This document shows, one piece after another, positions 1 through 9,178 of a stretch of 64,000 nt of DNA (positions are counted from its first letter, which is position 1; each line of letters begins with the position of its first letter). Source of the DNA: Dehalococcoidia bacterium (GTDB taxonomy: Bacteria; Chloroflexota; Dehalococcoidia; Lucifugimonadales; CAZENU01); the NCBI GenBank assembly GCA_965222125.1, contig CBDCTC010000001.1, forward strand, positions 16,731 through 80,730, given 5' to 3'. The notes under the pieces are model-generated. The model ran no database searches and was not told the origin of the DNA. It saw nothing but the letters and a program-made list of their open reading frames with translations. Position numbers and translations under genes: made by a program.

Positions 1-1101
1 GATCCGCGTGAGGAGCTCGCGCCGCGAGTCGCCGTCGGCGTGCCAGTTGAACACGTAAACGCCGTCGGCGCCCGTCTCGTGGTACCGAGCGGCGGCGGCC
101 CTGATCCGCCCGTAGTCCTTCGTCTTCCGGTCCTCTGGACCGACGAACGCCTCCCTGCCGTGCTCGCCGGAGCTGAACACGTCGATGCCGACGTCCAGGC
201 CGGGATATATAGCCGTGTAATTGCGTTCGCACAACGCCAGATATGCCGCGGCGTCGATGGAAGGGTCCATGCCGTAGCCGCCGGACGGCACGAGCAGGTC
301 GACCAGGCCCTCGTCCACCCACGCGGGCACGTCGTAGCCGACGCCGCGCGAGACCTCCGGCGTTGGGGCGACGCGCGCCGCCACGTAGAACGGCCTGCCC
401 CGCCGCCCGCCGATCCGGCGGGCCGTTTCGCTCACGGCGCGCTGTACGTCGGTCAGGACGTACCTGAGACGGTACGCCTCGTCCCGCGGAAGGTGGAACG
501 CGTGCCGCTGCCAGTCGAGCTCCACGCCGTCCCAGTCGTAACGCTCGCACAGCTCCTTGACGTGGCCCACCATGTGCTCTCGGACCTCCGGTACGGCGAA
601 GTTCCGCGACAGGGCGAACCACTCCGATGTCCGCTCGCCGAGGAGCCATTCGGGATGCTCGACGCGCATCCGGGTCAGCTCCCCGTGATCGGACGACGCC
701 ATCTCGTCTGGCCTCATGCCGTCGAAATGGTTGTCGTTCATCCGCACCGACGCGTAGACGTGCAGGCCCAGCTCGTGGCCGCGTTCGACGATCGCCTGGA
801 TCGGGTCCTCGCCACGCTCCAGCATCGACCGCAGGTTCTCCGCGGCGGTGTACTCCCCGGCTGTGCCGTATCTGCGGCCGTGGAAGTCGCCGACGAGCTC
901 GAGGACGTCGCTCCGCCAGGTCGCGGCGTGAGTGCCCGTACACCAGAACAGGGCGCCAACCTGCGTGTCCCGAAGCGGCGCGTATACCTTCTCCAGGAGT
1001 TGGTCTATCGACTGCGGCACTTCGGAGTAGCCGTAGGGCGAGCCGTCCCAGTTGTAGATGATCCCGTAGCCGGGCGGTCTGGTCATCGCCTTCGCCTCCA
1101 T
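1..1101 (-). CDS. Family-10 glycoside-hydrolase-like (GHL10/DUF187-type) TIM-barrel protein, runs off the window edge
   Basis: Not in the ORF track (no stop in window). Manual translation from ATG 1101: MEAKAMTRPPGYGIIYNWDG...RGEDPIQAIVERGHELGLHVYASVRMND...YDWDGVELDWQRH...GADGVYVFNW. Same motif layout as the divergent neighbour. Confidence 0.75.
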   Translation of the reverse strand, partial: MEAKAMTRPPGYGIIYNWDGSPYGYSEVPQSIDQLLEKVYAPLRDTQVGALFWCTGTHAATWRSDVLELVGDFHGRRYGTAGEYTAAENLRSMLERGEDPIQAIVERGHELGLHVYASVRMNDNHFDGMRPDEMASSDHGELTRMRVEHPEWLLGERTSEWFALSRNFAVPEVREHMVGHVKELCERYDWDGVELDWQRHAFHLPRDEAYRLRYVLTDVQRAVSETARRIGGRRGRPFYVAARVAPTPEVSRGVGYDVPAWVDEGLVDLLVPSGGYGMDPSIDAAAYLALCERNYTAIYPGLDVGIDVFSSGEHGREAFVGPEDRKTKDYGRIRAAAARYHETGADGVYVFNWHADGDSRRELLTRI

Positions 1102-1157
1102 GTAGTCTGGGCCGGCAGTCAATCGCCCCGGATCATATCAGAGGAGCGCGTCGACCT

Positions 1158-2741
1158 ATGGGCAAGCCGAGGATGATGTTCTACCACGATGGGCGACATA
1201 GCCACATCTACCGCTATGAGCCGCCGATGGCCCCGGAAGAGTACACGGCGATGGTCGACGAGCTGGCGGGCACGCCGGTCGACGCCATCATGCTATGCCT
1301 GGGCGAGGGCAGAACGATGCTTCACGACACCCGCGCCGGCGAGCTGTGGGGTCACAACGTCGACAAGTGGGACCCGAAGGACATCGGCAACCTCGTGTTC
1401 CAGCGCGCGCATCGCAACGCGCGGGGCCTGATCGACCGCGGGCACGACCCGCTGCGCATCTTGTGCGACCGCGCCCATGACCTCGGCATGGCCCTGTACG
1501 CCACCTTGATTCTACAGCGAGGCGGAGTGAATCACGCCGGGACGCGCTGCTCGGACTTCCGCCGGGACAACCCGCATCTCGAGATAGGCGCCTGCGGCCG
1601 CCTCGGCCCCGACCACCCGGCGGTCGATCTCCTCGACTTCGCACACGAGGAGAGCCGCGAAGAGCGATTCGCGATTGTCGACGAGGTAATGGGCGACTAC
1701 CCGGTCGACGGCTTCGAGTTGCACTTCAACGCAATGCCGTACTACTTTCACCCAGACGACGTCGAGGCGGGCCGTCGGATCATGACCGATTGGGTGGGCC
1801 GTGTCCACGAGACGGTCAAACGCCGCGGCGTCGACAAAGAGCTGGTGGTGCGCGTCCCCGACCGGCTCGAGGATTGCGTTGCCCGCGGTCTCGATCCCGA
1901 AGAGTGGGTCAGGCGAGGAATAGTTGACGTCATAGTTCCCGAGGCAATCGGCGAGAACTACCAGGTCAAGCCGATGGCCGACTACGGCGAGTTTCTGTGC
2001 CTCGTCAAGGGAAGGAGTTGCCGCGTCCACGGGACGATCAACAGCGAGGTGTCGTCCGATCGATTGGCAGACGCGCCGGTGTCGATGATGCGGGCGATCG
2101 CGTGCAATCACTGGGCGCAGGGCGTCCACGGGCTGTACCTGTCGGAGTGGTTCAACCTGTGGCCGTACGAGGCGAGCGTATACGAGAAGCTGCGCGAGCT
2201 CCCGTATCCGGAGATAATGGCCGCCAAGGACAAGTTCTACCTGGTGCCGACGGAGGGCGCGGTTCCCCGAAGGTCTGGCACGCGACTGCCGAGGCGCTTG
2301 AAGACCGGCGAGCCGGTCGACGTCGCGTTGCGCATTGCGGACGATCTGCCCCGGTGGCACGCGAAGGGCCGGGTACATGAGGTGCTGCTGAGAGCCAGAG
2401 TAGTCGAGAGCACCGAGCTGGACCGGCTGGAGTTCCGGCTAAACGGCCGCCTGTTGCCGGACCACATGCTTCGGAAGATCAGCGAGGTCTACAAGATCAG
2501 CGGGCCGAGATACCGGGTGATGGGGGCCTACTGGTACGTGTTCAGGCTCGATCCCGGCCACTGGCCGGCCAACGGGGAAAACCTCCTCCGCGTCACGCTG
2601 AGCGAGCGCGACCCGGACGTTCTCGGCGACTCATGCGTGCTGCGGGACATCGAGTTGGAGGTCAAGTACCTGATGGGGCGGAGCTCCCCCAGGGGCTTCG
2701 TGGACCCCGATCTGGGCCCCTACGACCACTCCAATTCGTGA
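1158..2741 (+). CDS. GHL10-like TIM-barrel protein with C-terminal beta domain
   Basis: MMFYHDGRH start, GHDPLRILCDRAHDLGM, YPVDGFELHF, GVHGLYLSEWF. Divergent paralog of 1-1101. Confidence 0.7.
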   Translation: MGKPRMMFYHDGRHSHIYRYEPPMAPEEYTAMVDELAGTPVDAIMLCLGEGRTMLHDTRAGELWGHNVDKWDPKDIGNLVFQRAHRNARGLIDRGHDPLRILCDRAHDLGMALYATLILQRGGVNHAGTRCSDFRRDNPHLEIGACGRLGPDHPAVDLLDFAHEESREERFAIVDEVMGDYPVDGFELHFNAMPYYFHPDDVEAGRRIMTDWVGRVHETVKRRGVDKELVVRVPDRLEDCVARGLDPEEWVRRGIVDVIVPEAIGENYQVKPMADYGEFLCLVKGRSCRVHGTINSEVSSDRLADAPVSMMRAIACNHWAQGVHGLYLSEWFNLWPYEASVYEKLRELPYPEIMAAKDKFYLVPTEGAVPRRSGTRLPRRLKTGEPVDVALRIADDLPRWHAKGRVHEVLLRARVVESTELDRLEFRLNGRLLPDHMLRKISEVYKISGPRYRVMGAYWYVFRLDPGHWPANGENLLRVTLSERDPDVLGDSCVLRDIELEVKYLMGRSSPRGFVDPDLGPYDHSNS

Positions 2742-2820
2742 CGCGCGCGGAGGCGGGCAGGTTCGCAAGACTGAGTTGTGCGGGCCCTTCGGATACACCC
2801 CGCCCAAAGCGGCCGGGCAC

Positions 2821-2992
2821 TCAGCAACTGTCTCGGAAGTCAAGCGATTTGGGAGGCGTGGTGCTGGGTCGGGTCCCACCGAGCCTGGTCGCGCATCATG
2901 ACATTGATGATCGTCAGCAGCTTCCTCATCGCTGCGGTTAGCGCTACCTTCTTCGCCTTGCCCGCCGCGCACAGCCGGTCGATCCAGCTGAG
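2821..2992 (-). mobile_element. IS110-family transposase 3' remnant with element end
   Basis: Minus strand reads ...IDRLCAAGKAKKVALTAAMRKLLTIINVMMRDQARWDPTQHHASQIA* (stop 2840-2842), a typical IS110 C-terminus, followed by TTGACTTCCGAGACAGTTGCT. Confidence 0.75.
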
Positions 2993-3200
2993 TGTCGGTC
3001 TTCAATGACCTGGGCGACATCGATCTGTCACGCCCCTGTACCCTAATTCACCCTACCCGATTTCAAGATACAAGGGCGAACGGGCCGTGTGGGGACGGCC
3101 CCACCCCTACCAGGATTTCGATAACCACAGCACCGTCATGCCGAGAGCGGGAATCCACATAGAGCGGGCGGTGTTCCTCTCGGCAAGTCCGAACAGCCGT

Positions 3201-3902
3201 TTATCCCAGTGTGATCTTGACGACCCAGCCTGTCGTCGCGTCGCAGTAGAGCAGATCGTCGCCGAAGATCGACAGGCCGTGGGGCTCGGGCATTGCGTCG
3301 GGTATCTGGATTACGTCGAGCTCCCTGCCGGTGTCGATGTCCAGCTTGAGGATGCGCTTGGTCGAGCGGTGGGCCACCCACATTCCGTCGTCCACCCGGA
3401 CGATGCCGTGAGTGCCGCCGCCCAGCGTGATCGGGAACGACCGTACGACCGACCAGTCGTCGGCTGCCACCTGGCTGATCGTGTCGCTGTGTATCGTCGT
3501 CAGCCACAGCATGCCGTCCTCGAACCGGTCGTACTCGATGCCATGAGTGCCGCCGCCGCCCGGCAGCGGGAATCGGCCCAGCGTCGCGCCGGTGGCCGGG
3601 TCGGCCTTCACTATTTCGCCAGAGGCGGCGTCGGTCGGCCGCGGGGTTCTCCACCGCTCCCCCGGCCCGTTCGCGGCCAGCCACAGCGCGCCGCCGCCGT
3701 AGGTTATCCCGCTGGTCGTCGACGACTCCGTGGGCATGTGCCGCAGGATCCTGGTCGCGCCGTAGTCGTGCGGGTTGGCAGTCTCCACGAGAGCGACGCG
3801 GTCGGTTAGCTGGTCGACTATCCACAGGCCCTCGTTGGTAAGCTGCAGGCCGTTGGGGGCCGCGTATGGCGAGCGGAAGACTTTTTCGATGGTGGGGGAC
3901 AT
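3201..3902 (-). CDS. Beta-propeller protein (Vgb/SMP-30/glutaminyl-cyclase-like repeats)
   Basis: Repeated blades PNGLQLTNEGLWIVD, SGITYGGGALWLA, THGIEYD..MLWLT, THGIVRVDDGMWVA, PHGLSIFGDDLLYCD. RBS AAGGAG before ATG 3902. Confidence 0.65.
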   Translation of the reverse strand: MSPTIEKVFRSPYAAPNGLQLTNEGLWIVDQLTDRVALVETANPHDYGATRILRHMPTESSTTSGITYGGGALWLAANGPGERWRTPRPTDAASGEIVKADPATGATLGRFPLPGGGGTHGIEYDRFEDGMLWLTTIHSDTISQVAADDWSVVRSFPITLGGGTHGIVRVDDGMWVAHRSTKRILKLDIDTGRELDVIQIPDAMPEPHGLSIFGDDLLYCDATTGWVVKITLG

Positions 3903-3987
3903 TACTTCTCCTTCGGGAGCCGTCCAATCTGGGGGGCGACGCCGAGTCTATACCGCACACCCGAGGCCGTCAACGCGCTGCCGGCAG

Positions 3988-4040
3988 CTTGACACGTACG
4001 TGCGGGGAAACTTGACACGTAGGTGCGGGGAAATAAGAAT
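3988..4040 (+). promoter_or_regulatory. sigma70-like promoter with tandemly duplicated -35 region
   Basis: CTTGACACGTACGTGCGGGGAAA (3988-4010) and CTTGACACGTAGGTGCGGGGAAA (4011-4033). The second TTGACA is 17 bp from AAGAAT (4035-4040). Confidence 0.6.
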
Positions 4041-4079
4041 ATGCCGGCAACGCCACATATTCGACGTCTGGAGAAGCGC

Positions 4080-5162
4080 ATGATCAACCGCGACCGAATG
4101 GTGCAGACCTTCTGCGAGCTGGTTACGATCGACAGTCCGTCGGGGGAAGAGGCCGCCGTCGCGGAGTACCTTGTTGCCCGGCTCGGCTCGCTCGGACTGC
4201 AGGTCATGCGGGACGACTACGGCAACGTGATTGCGAGCGAGGGACGCGACAATCCCTTCATGCTGTCCGCCCATATGGACACGGTGGAGCCCGGCCGCGG
4301 GATCAAGCCGATTGTCGCGGACGACCGCATCTCCTCGGACGGCACCACAATACTGGGCGGGGACTGCAAGGCCGGCCTGACCGCGATCCTGGAGGCGCTG
4401 GACTCGATACATGAGGACGGCGCGGGACACATCCCCATTGAGGTCGTGTGCACGCGTGAGGAGGAGACCGGGCTGGTCGGCGCCCGGAACCTCGACTTCC
4501 CCGCGATCCGGTCGAAGGAGGCTATAGTCTTCGACGGCGAGGGCCCGGCGAACCAGATAACCTGGTCGAGCCCGACCTACATCGGATTCGACGTGCATAT
4601 CACGGGCCGGGCCGCCCACGCGGGCATAGACCCCGAGAGAGGGCTGTCAGCCATCCGGGTGGCGGCCGATCTGATCTCCCGTCTGCCGCAGGGAAGGCTC
4701 GACTCGGACACGACCTTCAACATAGGGACGATCGAGGGCGGCAACGTGAGGAACTCCGTCCCGGAGAACGCGTCGCTGAGGGGCGAGTTTCGCAGCACGA
4801 ACCTGGAGACCCTCGACGAGGTGAGCGTGAGGCTCTCGGAAGCGCTCGACGAGGTCAGGAACGGGTTCCCCGAGGCCGACGTGCAGGCGCACATCGAGAC
4901 CAGCTTCGAGACGTATACCCTGGACGAGGACGACCCGGCGACCAGAAGGATCAAGGCGGCGTTGGTCGACCTCGGCATGGAGCCGACCGCGAAGGCGTCG
5001 GGCGGCGGCACCGACGGAAACGTCTTCCGCACCAAGGGCATCAGCGCCGTCGCGGTGGGGATGGCGGACTACAATTTCCACACCGTGCGCGAATACGTGA
5101 GCATCCCGGAGCTGATGGACGCGGCCCACCTGTGCGAGAAGCTCGTCAGGGTGTCGGGCTAG
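4080..5162 (+). CDS. M20/M25/M40-family metallopeptidase (peptidase T-like)
   Basis: Metal ligands in SAHMDTV, GGDCKAG, TREEETG, VFDGEG and YNFHT; GRAAHAG. Start placed at ATG 4080 (RBS GGAG). Confidence 0.9.
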   Translation: MINRDRMVQTFCELVTIDSPSGEEAAVAEYLVARLGSLGLQVMRDDYGNVIASEGRDNPFMLSAHMDTVEPGRGIKPIVADDRISSDGTTILGGDCKAGLTAILEALDSIHEDGAGHIPIEVVCTREEETGLVGARNLDFPAIRSKEAIVFDGEGPANQITWSSPTYIGFDVHITGRAAHAGIDPERGLSAIRVAADLISRLPQGRLDSDTTFNIGTIEGGNVRNSVPENASLRGEFRSTNLETLDEVSVRLSEALDEVRNGFPEADVQAHIETSFETYTLDEDDPATRRIKAALVDLGMEPTAKASGGGTDGNVFRTKGISAVAVGMADYNFHTVREYVSIPELMDAAHLCEKLVRVSG

Positions 5163-5166
5163 CCGG

Positions 5167-6432
5167 ATGCGGGTCGAACTCGCCTACGGCAAGACCGGGC
5201 TCACGGTAGACCTGCCGGACGACCGGACGACGGTCATCGAGCCGACGTACCTTCCGTCGCTGGCCGATCCGAGGGGCGCGCTGATCGCCGCCCTGCGGAA
5301 CCCGATCGACACGCCGCCTCTGCGCCGCCTGGTAAAACGAGACCAGTCGGTCGCCGTCTCGGTCTGCGACATCACCCGCCCGATGCCGTCCGCCACCGTG
5401 CTGCCGGTGGTGCTCGGCGAGCTCGCTCACGTGCCGAGGGACCAGGTGACCGTACTGGTCGCGACGGGGACGCACCGGGGCAACTCCAAAGAGGAGCTCG
5501 AGGCGATGCTGGGCCGCGACGTCGTTCGCGACTACCGGGTCATAAACCACGACGCGTTCGACCGGGCCGGTCTGGCCGACGTGGGCCACACGTCGAACGG
5601 TATACCGGTCGCCCTGAACCGAATCTGGACCGACAGCGACGTGAGGATCACGACCGGGTTTGTCGAGCCGCACTTCTTCGCGGGATTCAGCGGCGGGCCC
5701 AAGATGATCGCCCCAGGGCTCGCGGGCATCGACACCGTGATGGAGCTGCACAACGCGGAGATGGTCGGCCACCCGAGGGCCGTCTGGGGCGTAACCGAGG
5801 GGAACCCGGTGCACGACGCGATCCGCGAGTGCGCCCGGATGGCCAAGGCCGATTTCAGCGTGGACGTGACGATCAACCGCAACCACGGCATCACCACGGC
5901 GTACGCGGGCGAGCTGTTCGTCGTCCATCGCGCCGCGTGCCAGGCCGCGAAACGGACCGCGATGCGGCGGGTCGACAGGCGGTTCGACGTGGTGCTGACT
6001 ACGAACAGCGGGTACCCGCTCGATCTGAACCTCTACCAGTCGGTCAAGGGGATGGCGGCCGGCGCCCAGGTGGTCAGGGACGGCGGCGCGATAATCTGCG
6101 CGGCAGAGTGCAGCGACGGCGTTCCGGAGCACGGGGAGTACAAGCGGCTGCTGACGATGCGCGAAAGCCCGCGGGAGCTGCTGGAGATGGTCAACGAGCC
6201 CGGATTCAGCCGCCACGACCAGTGGCAGATACAGCTCCAGGCGCAGATACAGCTTCGGGCGCGCGTGCTGCTGAAGTCCGGCTACCTGACGGACGATCAG
6301 GTCCGGGCCGCGCACCTGGAGCCGGTCGACGACGTGGAGAAGGCGACCGCGGACTGCCTCGCGAGCTACGGCGCAGACGCGGAGGTCTGCGTGTTCCCCG
6401 AGGGGCCTCAGACTATCCCATACGTCGAGTGA
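5167..6432 (+). CDS. larA: LarA-family nickel-pincer-dependent racemase/epimerase
   Basis: DITRP, ATGTHR, INHD, EPHFFAGFSGGPK (NPN-linking Lys), LHNAEM, YPLDLNLYQSVKG. Confidence 0.88.
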   Translation: MRVELAYGKTGLTVDLPDDRTTVIEPTYLPSLADPRGALIAALRNPIDTPPLRRLVKRDQSVAVSVCDITRPMPSATVLPVVLGELAHVPRDQVTVLVATGTHRGNSKEELEAMLGRDVVRDYRVINHDAFDRAGLADVGHTSNGIPVALNRIWTDSDVRITTGFVEPHFFAGFSGGPKMIAPGLAGIDTVMELHNAEMVGHPRAVWGVTEGNPVHDAIRECARMAKADFSVDVTINRNHGITTAYAGELFVVHRAACQAAKRTAMRRVDRRFDVVLTTNSGYPLDLNLYQSVKGMAAGAQVVRDGGAIICAAECSDGVPEHGEYKRLLTMRESPRELLEMVNEPGFSRHDQWQIQLQAQIQLRARVLLKSGYLTDDQVRAAHLEPVDDVEKATADCLASYGADAEVCVFPEGPQTIPYVE

Positions 6433-6460
6433 CCGGCCGACGCCGAGTCGTGGGCCGAGG

Positions 6461-7083
6461 TTACTCTGGTACCGGACGATTCGAGAAGTCCAAAGGTTTC
6501 TCGAATCGCGGTGAAGCGATTGGCTGTCCTGGCGCCGGGGGCTCTAGGAACGTGACGCTGTCGTAAAAGTCGTCGAGCGCAATGAAGACGCCCTCTTCCT
6601 CTGCCCATTCGCGCATCCGACGATTGCAACTATGGCGCCACGATATCACCTCGACTCGCCATCCCCTGCTGCGCATGCGCTGCATGTCGGCGTGAAAACC
6701 GACGCCATCGGCAAAGCCGCTGCCGTCACCGGTGAGCAGCACGACAATACCGGGTTTCCCTTTGTAGTCGAACGCATCCCGCAACATCGCCGTCTGTAGC
6801 CACTGATCTACGCCCTGTTCCCGGCCTTGAAGCGCCCCACGCTCCAGCAAATGGACCGTGCCCCTTCGTTCTCTAGACGGTTCCACACGTGCCGCAACTC
6901 AGGAGGAATGGAGCCGACGGCGATGGCGTGCTCGATCTCCCGCCCGGCCCGCGCCAACTCCAGGAGCTGCCGGAATTGCAGCCGGACACGGTACCGGGCT
7001 GAATCACCTTCTCGCTCGGCGGCAACTTGCTGGGCGCTGATGAAGATGTTGGAATTGTCCCAATAGACGAAGACGTTATTCAT
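6461..7083 (-). pseudogene. NYN-domain (PIN-like) protein with one frameshift
   Basis: VYWDNSNIF...WNRLENEG in one frame continues as TVHLLERGALQGREQGVDQ...VLLTGDGSG in another. Shift at the GGGG run near 6861-6866. Confidence 0.75.
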
Positions 7084-7283
7084 GGTGTACTACTTCCACA
7101 ATGTGTGCTGTTCCATTCGCGTTGTAAGCAGTCCCGCTGTCACGAAACTACCGATAGACATGCGTTTGGAACATTCCTAGCAAATATACACCGGAGATTC
7201 GACGGGACTGTCACAGGACATGCCTCTTGCGCGTAGTTGGGAACCCGATGCCGACGTCGACCGTCGCTCTCAGCGTGAGAGAT

Positions 7284-8321
7284 CTAGGGCCAGCGGAGCT
7301 GGGCGTTGTCGTAGACCTCCCGAAGGAACCGGTCGGTGAACCCCGTCCTGAAGTCGTAGGGGGCCGGCAGAGCTTCGAACTCGAGCAGATGGTCGTACAG
7401 CGCCTGCCACTGCTCATCGGTCATCCAGCCGACGCCGTTACGCACCGTCGCAGGGCCCACGGCGTCCTGCAGCTCTACTCCGAGCATGAAGCGCTGGTGC
7501 TCCCGGTCTTCCTCGGGCGCGAACTTCAGCACGATGTCGAGCGTCTCCTCGAGGTTGGCGCCGTCCAGCGCGAACGCGACGCCCTTGAGCGTGGCCTTGA
7601 GGAACTTTTCCACGACCTCGGGCCGCGCGTCGGCGGTCTTCTGCTGGGTGATGTAGGTCAGGCCCAGGCTTGGTACCCCGTGGTCCTCCGGGTTCCACAT
7701 CGTGACTTCGAAGCCGCCACCCGGAAGGTTGCGGATGATGTTCGGCTCGTTGGCCCTGAATACCGCGAGGACGTCCACCTTGCCCTCGGTCAGGACCCGC
7801 GGATCGAATCCCGCGTTGACCTCGGTGATATTGGACCTGTCGACGCCGTTGGCCTTCAGCATCGCCAGATAGTCGGGAGGTACTGCGATCTTGTATCCGA
7901 AGGTCTTGCCCTCCCAGTCCTGGAGCGTGTCGATCCCGGAGTCCTTCAGGGCTATGTACGACTGCTGGCCGCGCTGACCGAAGAGTGCGAAGGCGACGAT
8001 CGGGACGTCCGGCTCGGCCCGCCGCTTGAGCACGGACGCGGCGGCTGCGGTCGTGAAGTCGACGTCGCCGCTCAGCAGCAGCTGCAGGTGCCCGCCGCGC
8101 GGCGCGTGCCTGATCTCGACGTCCAGTCCCTGCTCCGCGAAGTATCCCTTCTCCTGCGCCACGTAGGCGGCCACGAAGGGCAGGTTCGCCTGGGGCTTGA
8201 ATCCTGCCATGAAGACGACCTTGTCCGGCTCGTCTCGGCAGGCGGCCGCGGACAGCAGCGCCACGGCGCAGATCACGCCCGCGGCCAGCGCGGCGAGGCC
8301 GAAGCGTCCAACGGGTCTCAT
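7284..8321 (-). CDS. ABC transporter substrate-binding lipoprotein, NMT1/THI5-like
   Basis: Lipobox SAAAC, FVAAYVAQEKGYFAEQGLDVEI, DWEGKTFG. ATG 8321 overlaps the permease stop (ATGA). Confidence 0.85.
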   Translation of the reverse strand: MRPVGRFGLAALAAGVICAVALLSAAACRDEPDKVVFMAGFKPQANLPFVAAYVAQEKGYFAEQGLDVEIRHAPRGGHLQLLLSGDVDFTTAAAASVLKRRAEPDVPIVAFALFGQRGQQSYIALKDSGIDTLQDWEGKTFGYKIAVPPDYLAMLKANGVDRSNITEVNAGFDPRVLTEGKVDVLAVFRANEPNIIRNLPGGGFEVTMWNPEDHGVPSLGLTYITQQKTADARPEVVEKFLKATLKGVAFALDGANLEETLDIVLKFAPEEDREHQRFMLGVELQDAVGPATVRNGVGWMTDEQWQALYDHLLEFEALPAPYDFRTGFTDRFLREVYDNAQLRWP

Positions 8322-9178
8322 GTCGCTACATATGACTCGTGCCAAAAGAGCACACGTCTTTCCAGTAGATTTGTGAGTACCATCAGGGTGATACCGATCA
8401 GGGCGAGCACCAGGATCGCCGAGAAGGTCGTCGGCATGTCCAGGTTGCTATGGGCGACGGCGATCACGTTCCCCAAGCCCCGGCTCCCCAGGAACAGCTC
8501 GCCCACGAAGGCGCCGATGACGGACAGCGGCACCGCGGTGCGGAACGCCGCGAACAGGTAGGGCAACGAACCGGGCAGCCTCAGTTTGAGCAGGATGTCG
8601 GTCCTGGACGCCCTCACGGACCGAAAGAAGTCGAGCGCGCCGGGGTTCACCGATCGGAGCCCGGTCAGCGCGTTGACCATGATGGGGAAGAAGGTTATCA
8701 GCACGACGATCAGCACCTTGGGCATCAGGCCGAATCCGAACCACACCACGAACATCAGGGCCCATACGATGAGCGGGATGACCCGGGCGAAGATCGCGAT
8801 CGGCAGGATGGCTCGCTCCATCAGGCGGGAGTGGGCCATCAGGGTCGCGATCGCGATGGCGACCGTCGCTCCCAGCGCGAAGCCGACGGCGGCTGTCTGA
8901 AGCGTGGTCGCCGCGTGCCCCAGGAAGAATCCGGGGTCTCCGAAGAGCCTCTCGATCACTTGCGTCGGAGCGGGAACTACGTATGAGGGGACGTCCGCGA
9001 GACGGGTCCAAGCCTCCCACACGGCCGCCAGTACCGCCAGCGCGAGGGCGGGCGGCCAGAGGTAGACGGGCCACTCCCCAAGTCGGGAGACGGTCGGGGA
9101 GCGGGGCCCCCGGGCAGCGTCGAGCGGGCCCGGCTGCTCAGGCCGTCGCCAGAAGAGGTGTAGGGCCACGTGCAGCAC
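8318..9178 (-). CDS. ABC transporter permease (NitT/TauT/SsuC type); start uncertain
   Basis: TM helices, FFPIMVNALTGLRSV, LRLPGSLPYLFAAFR (EAA-loop region), FLGSRGLG. Confidence 0.88.
   Translation of the reverse strand: MLHVALHLFWRRPEQPGPLDAARGPRSPTVSRLGEWPVYLWPPALALAVLAAVWEAWTRLADVPSYVVPAPTQVIERLFGDPGFFLGHAATTLQTAAVGFALGATVAIAIATLMAHSRLMERAILPIAIFARVIPLIVWALMFVVWFGFGLMPKVLIVVLITFFPIMVNALTGLRSVNPGALDFFRSVRASRTDILLKLRLPGSLPYLFAAFRTAVPLSVIGAFVGELFLGSRGLGNVIAVAHSNLDMPTTFSAILVLALIGITLMVLTNLLERRVLFWHESYVAT

Noticed and set aside
3133-3157. CGTCATGCCGAGAGCGGGAATCCA as a dRS3/REP-like repeat
   Set aside because: Only the right arm matches and it is single-copy here; too degenerate to call.
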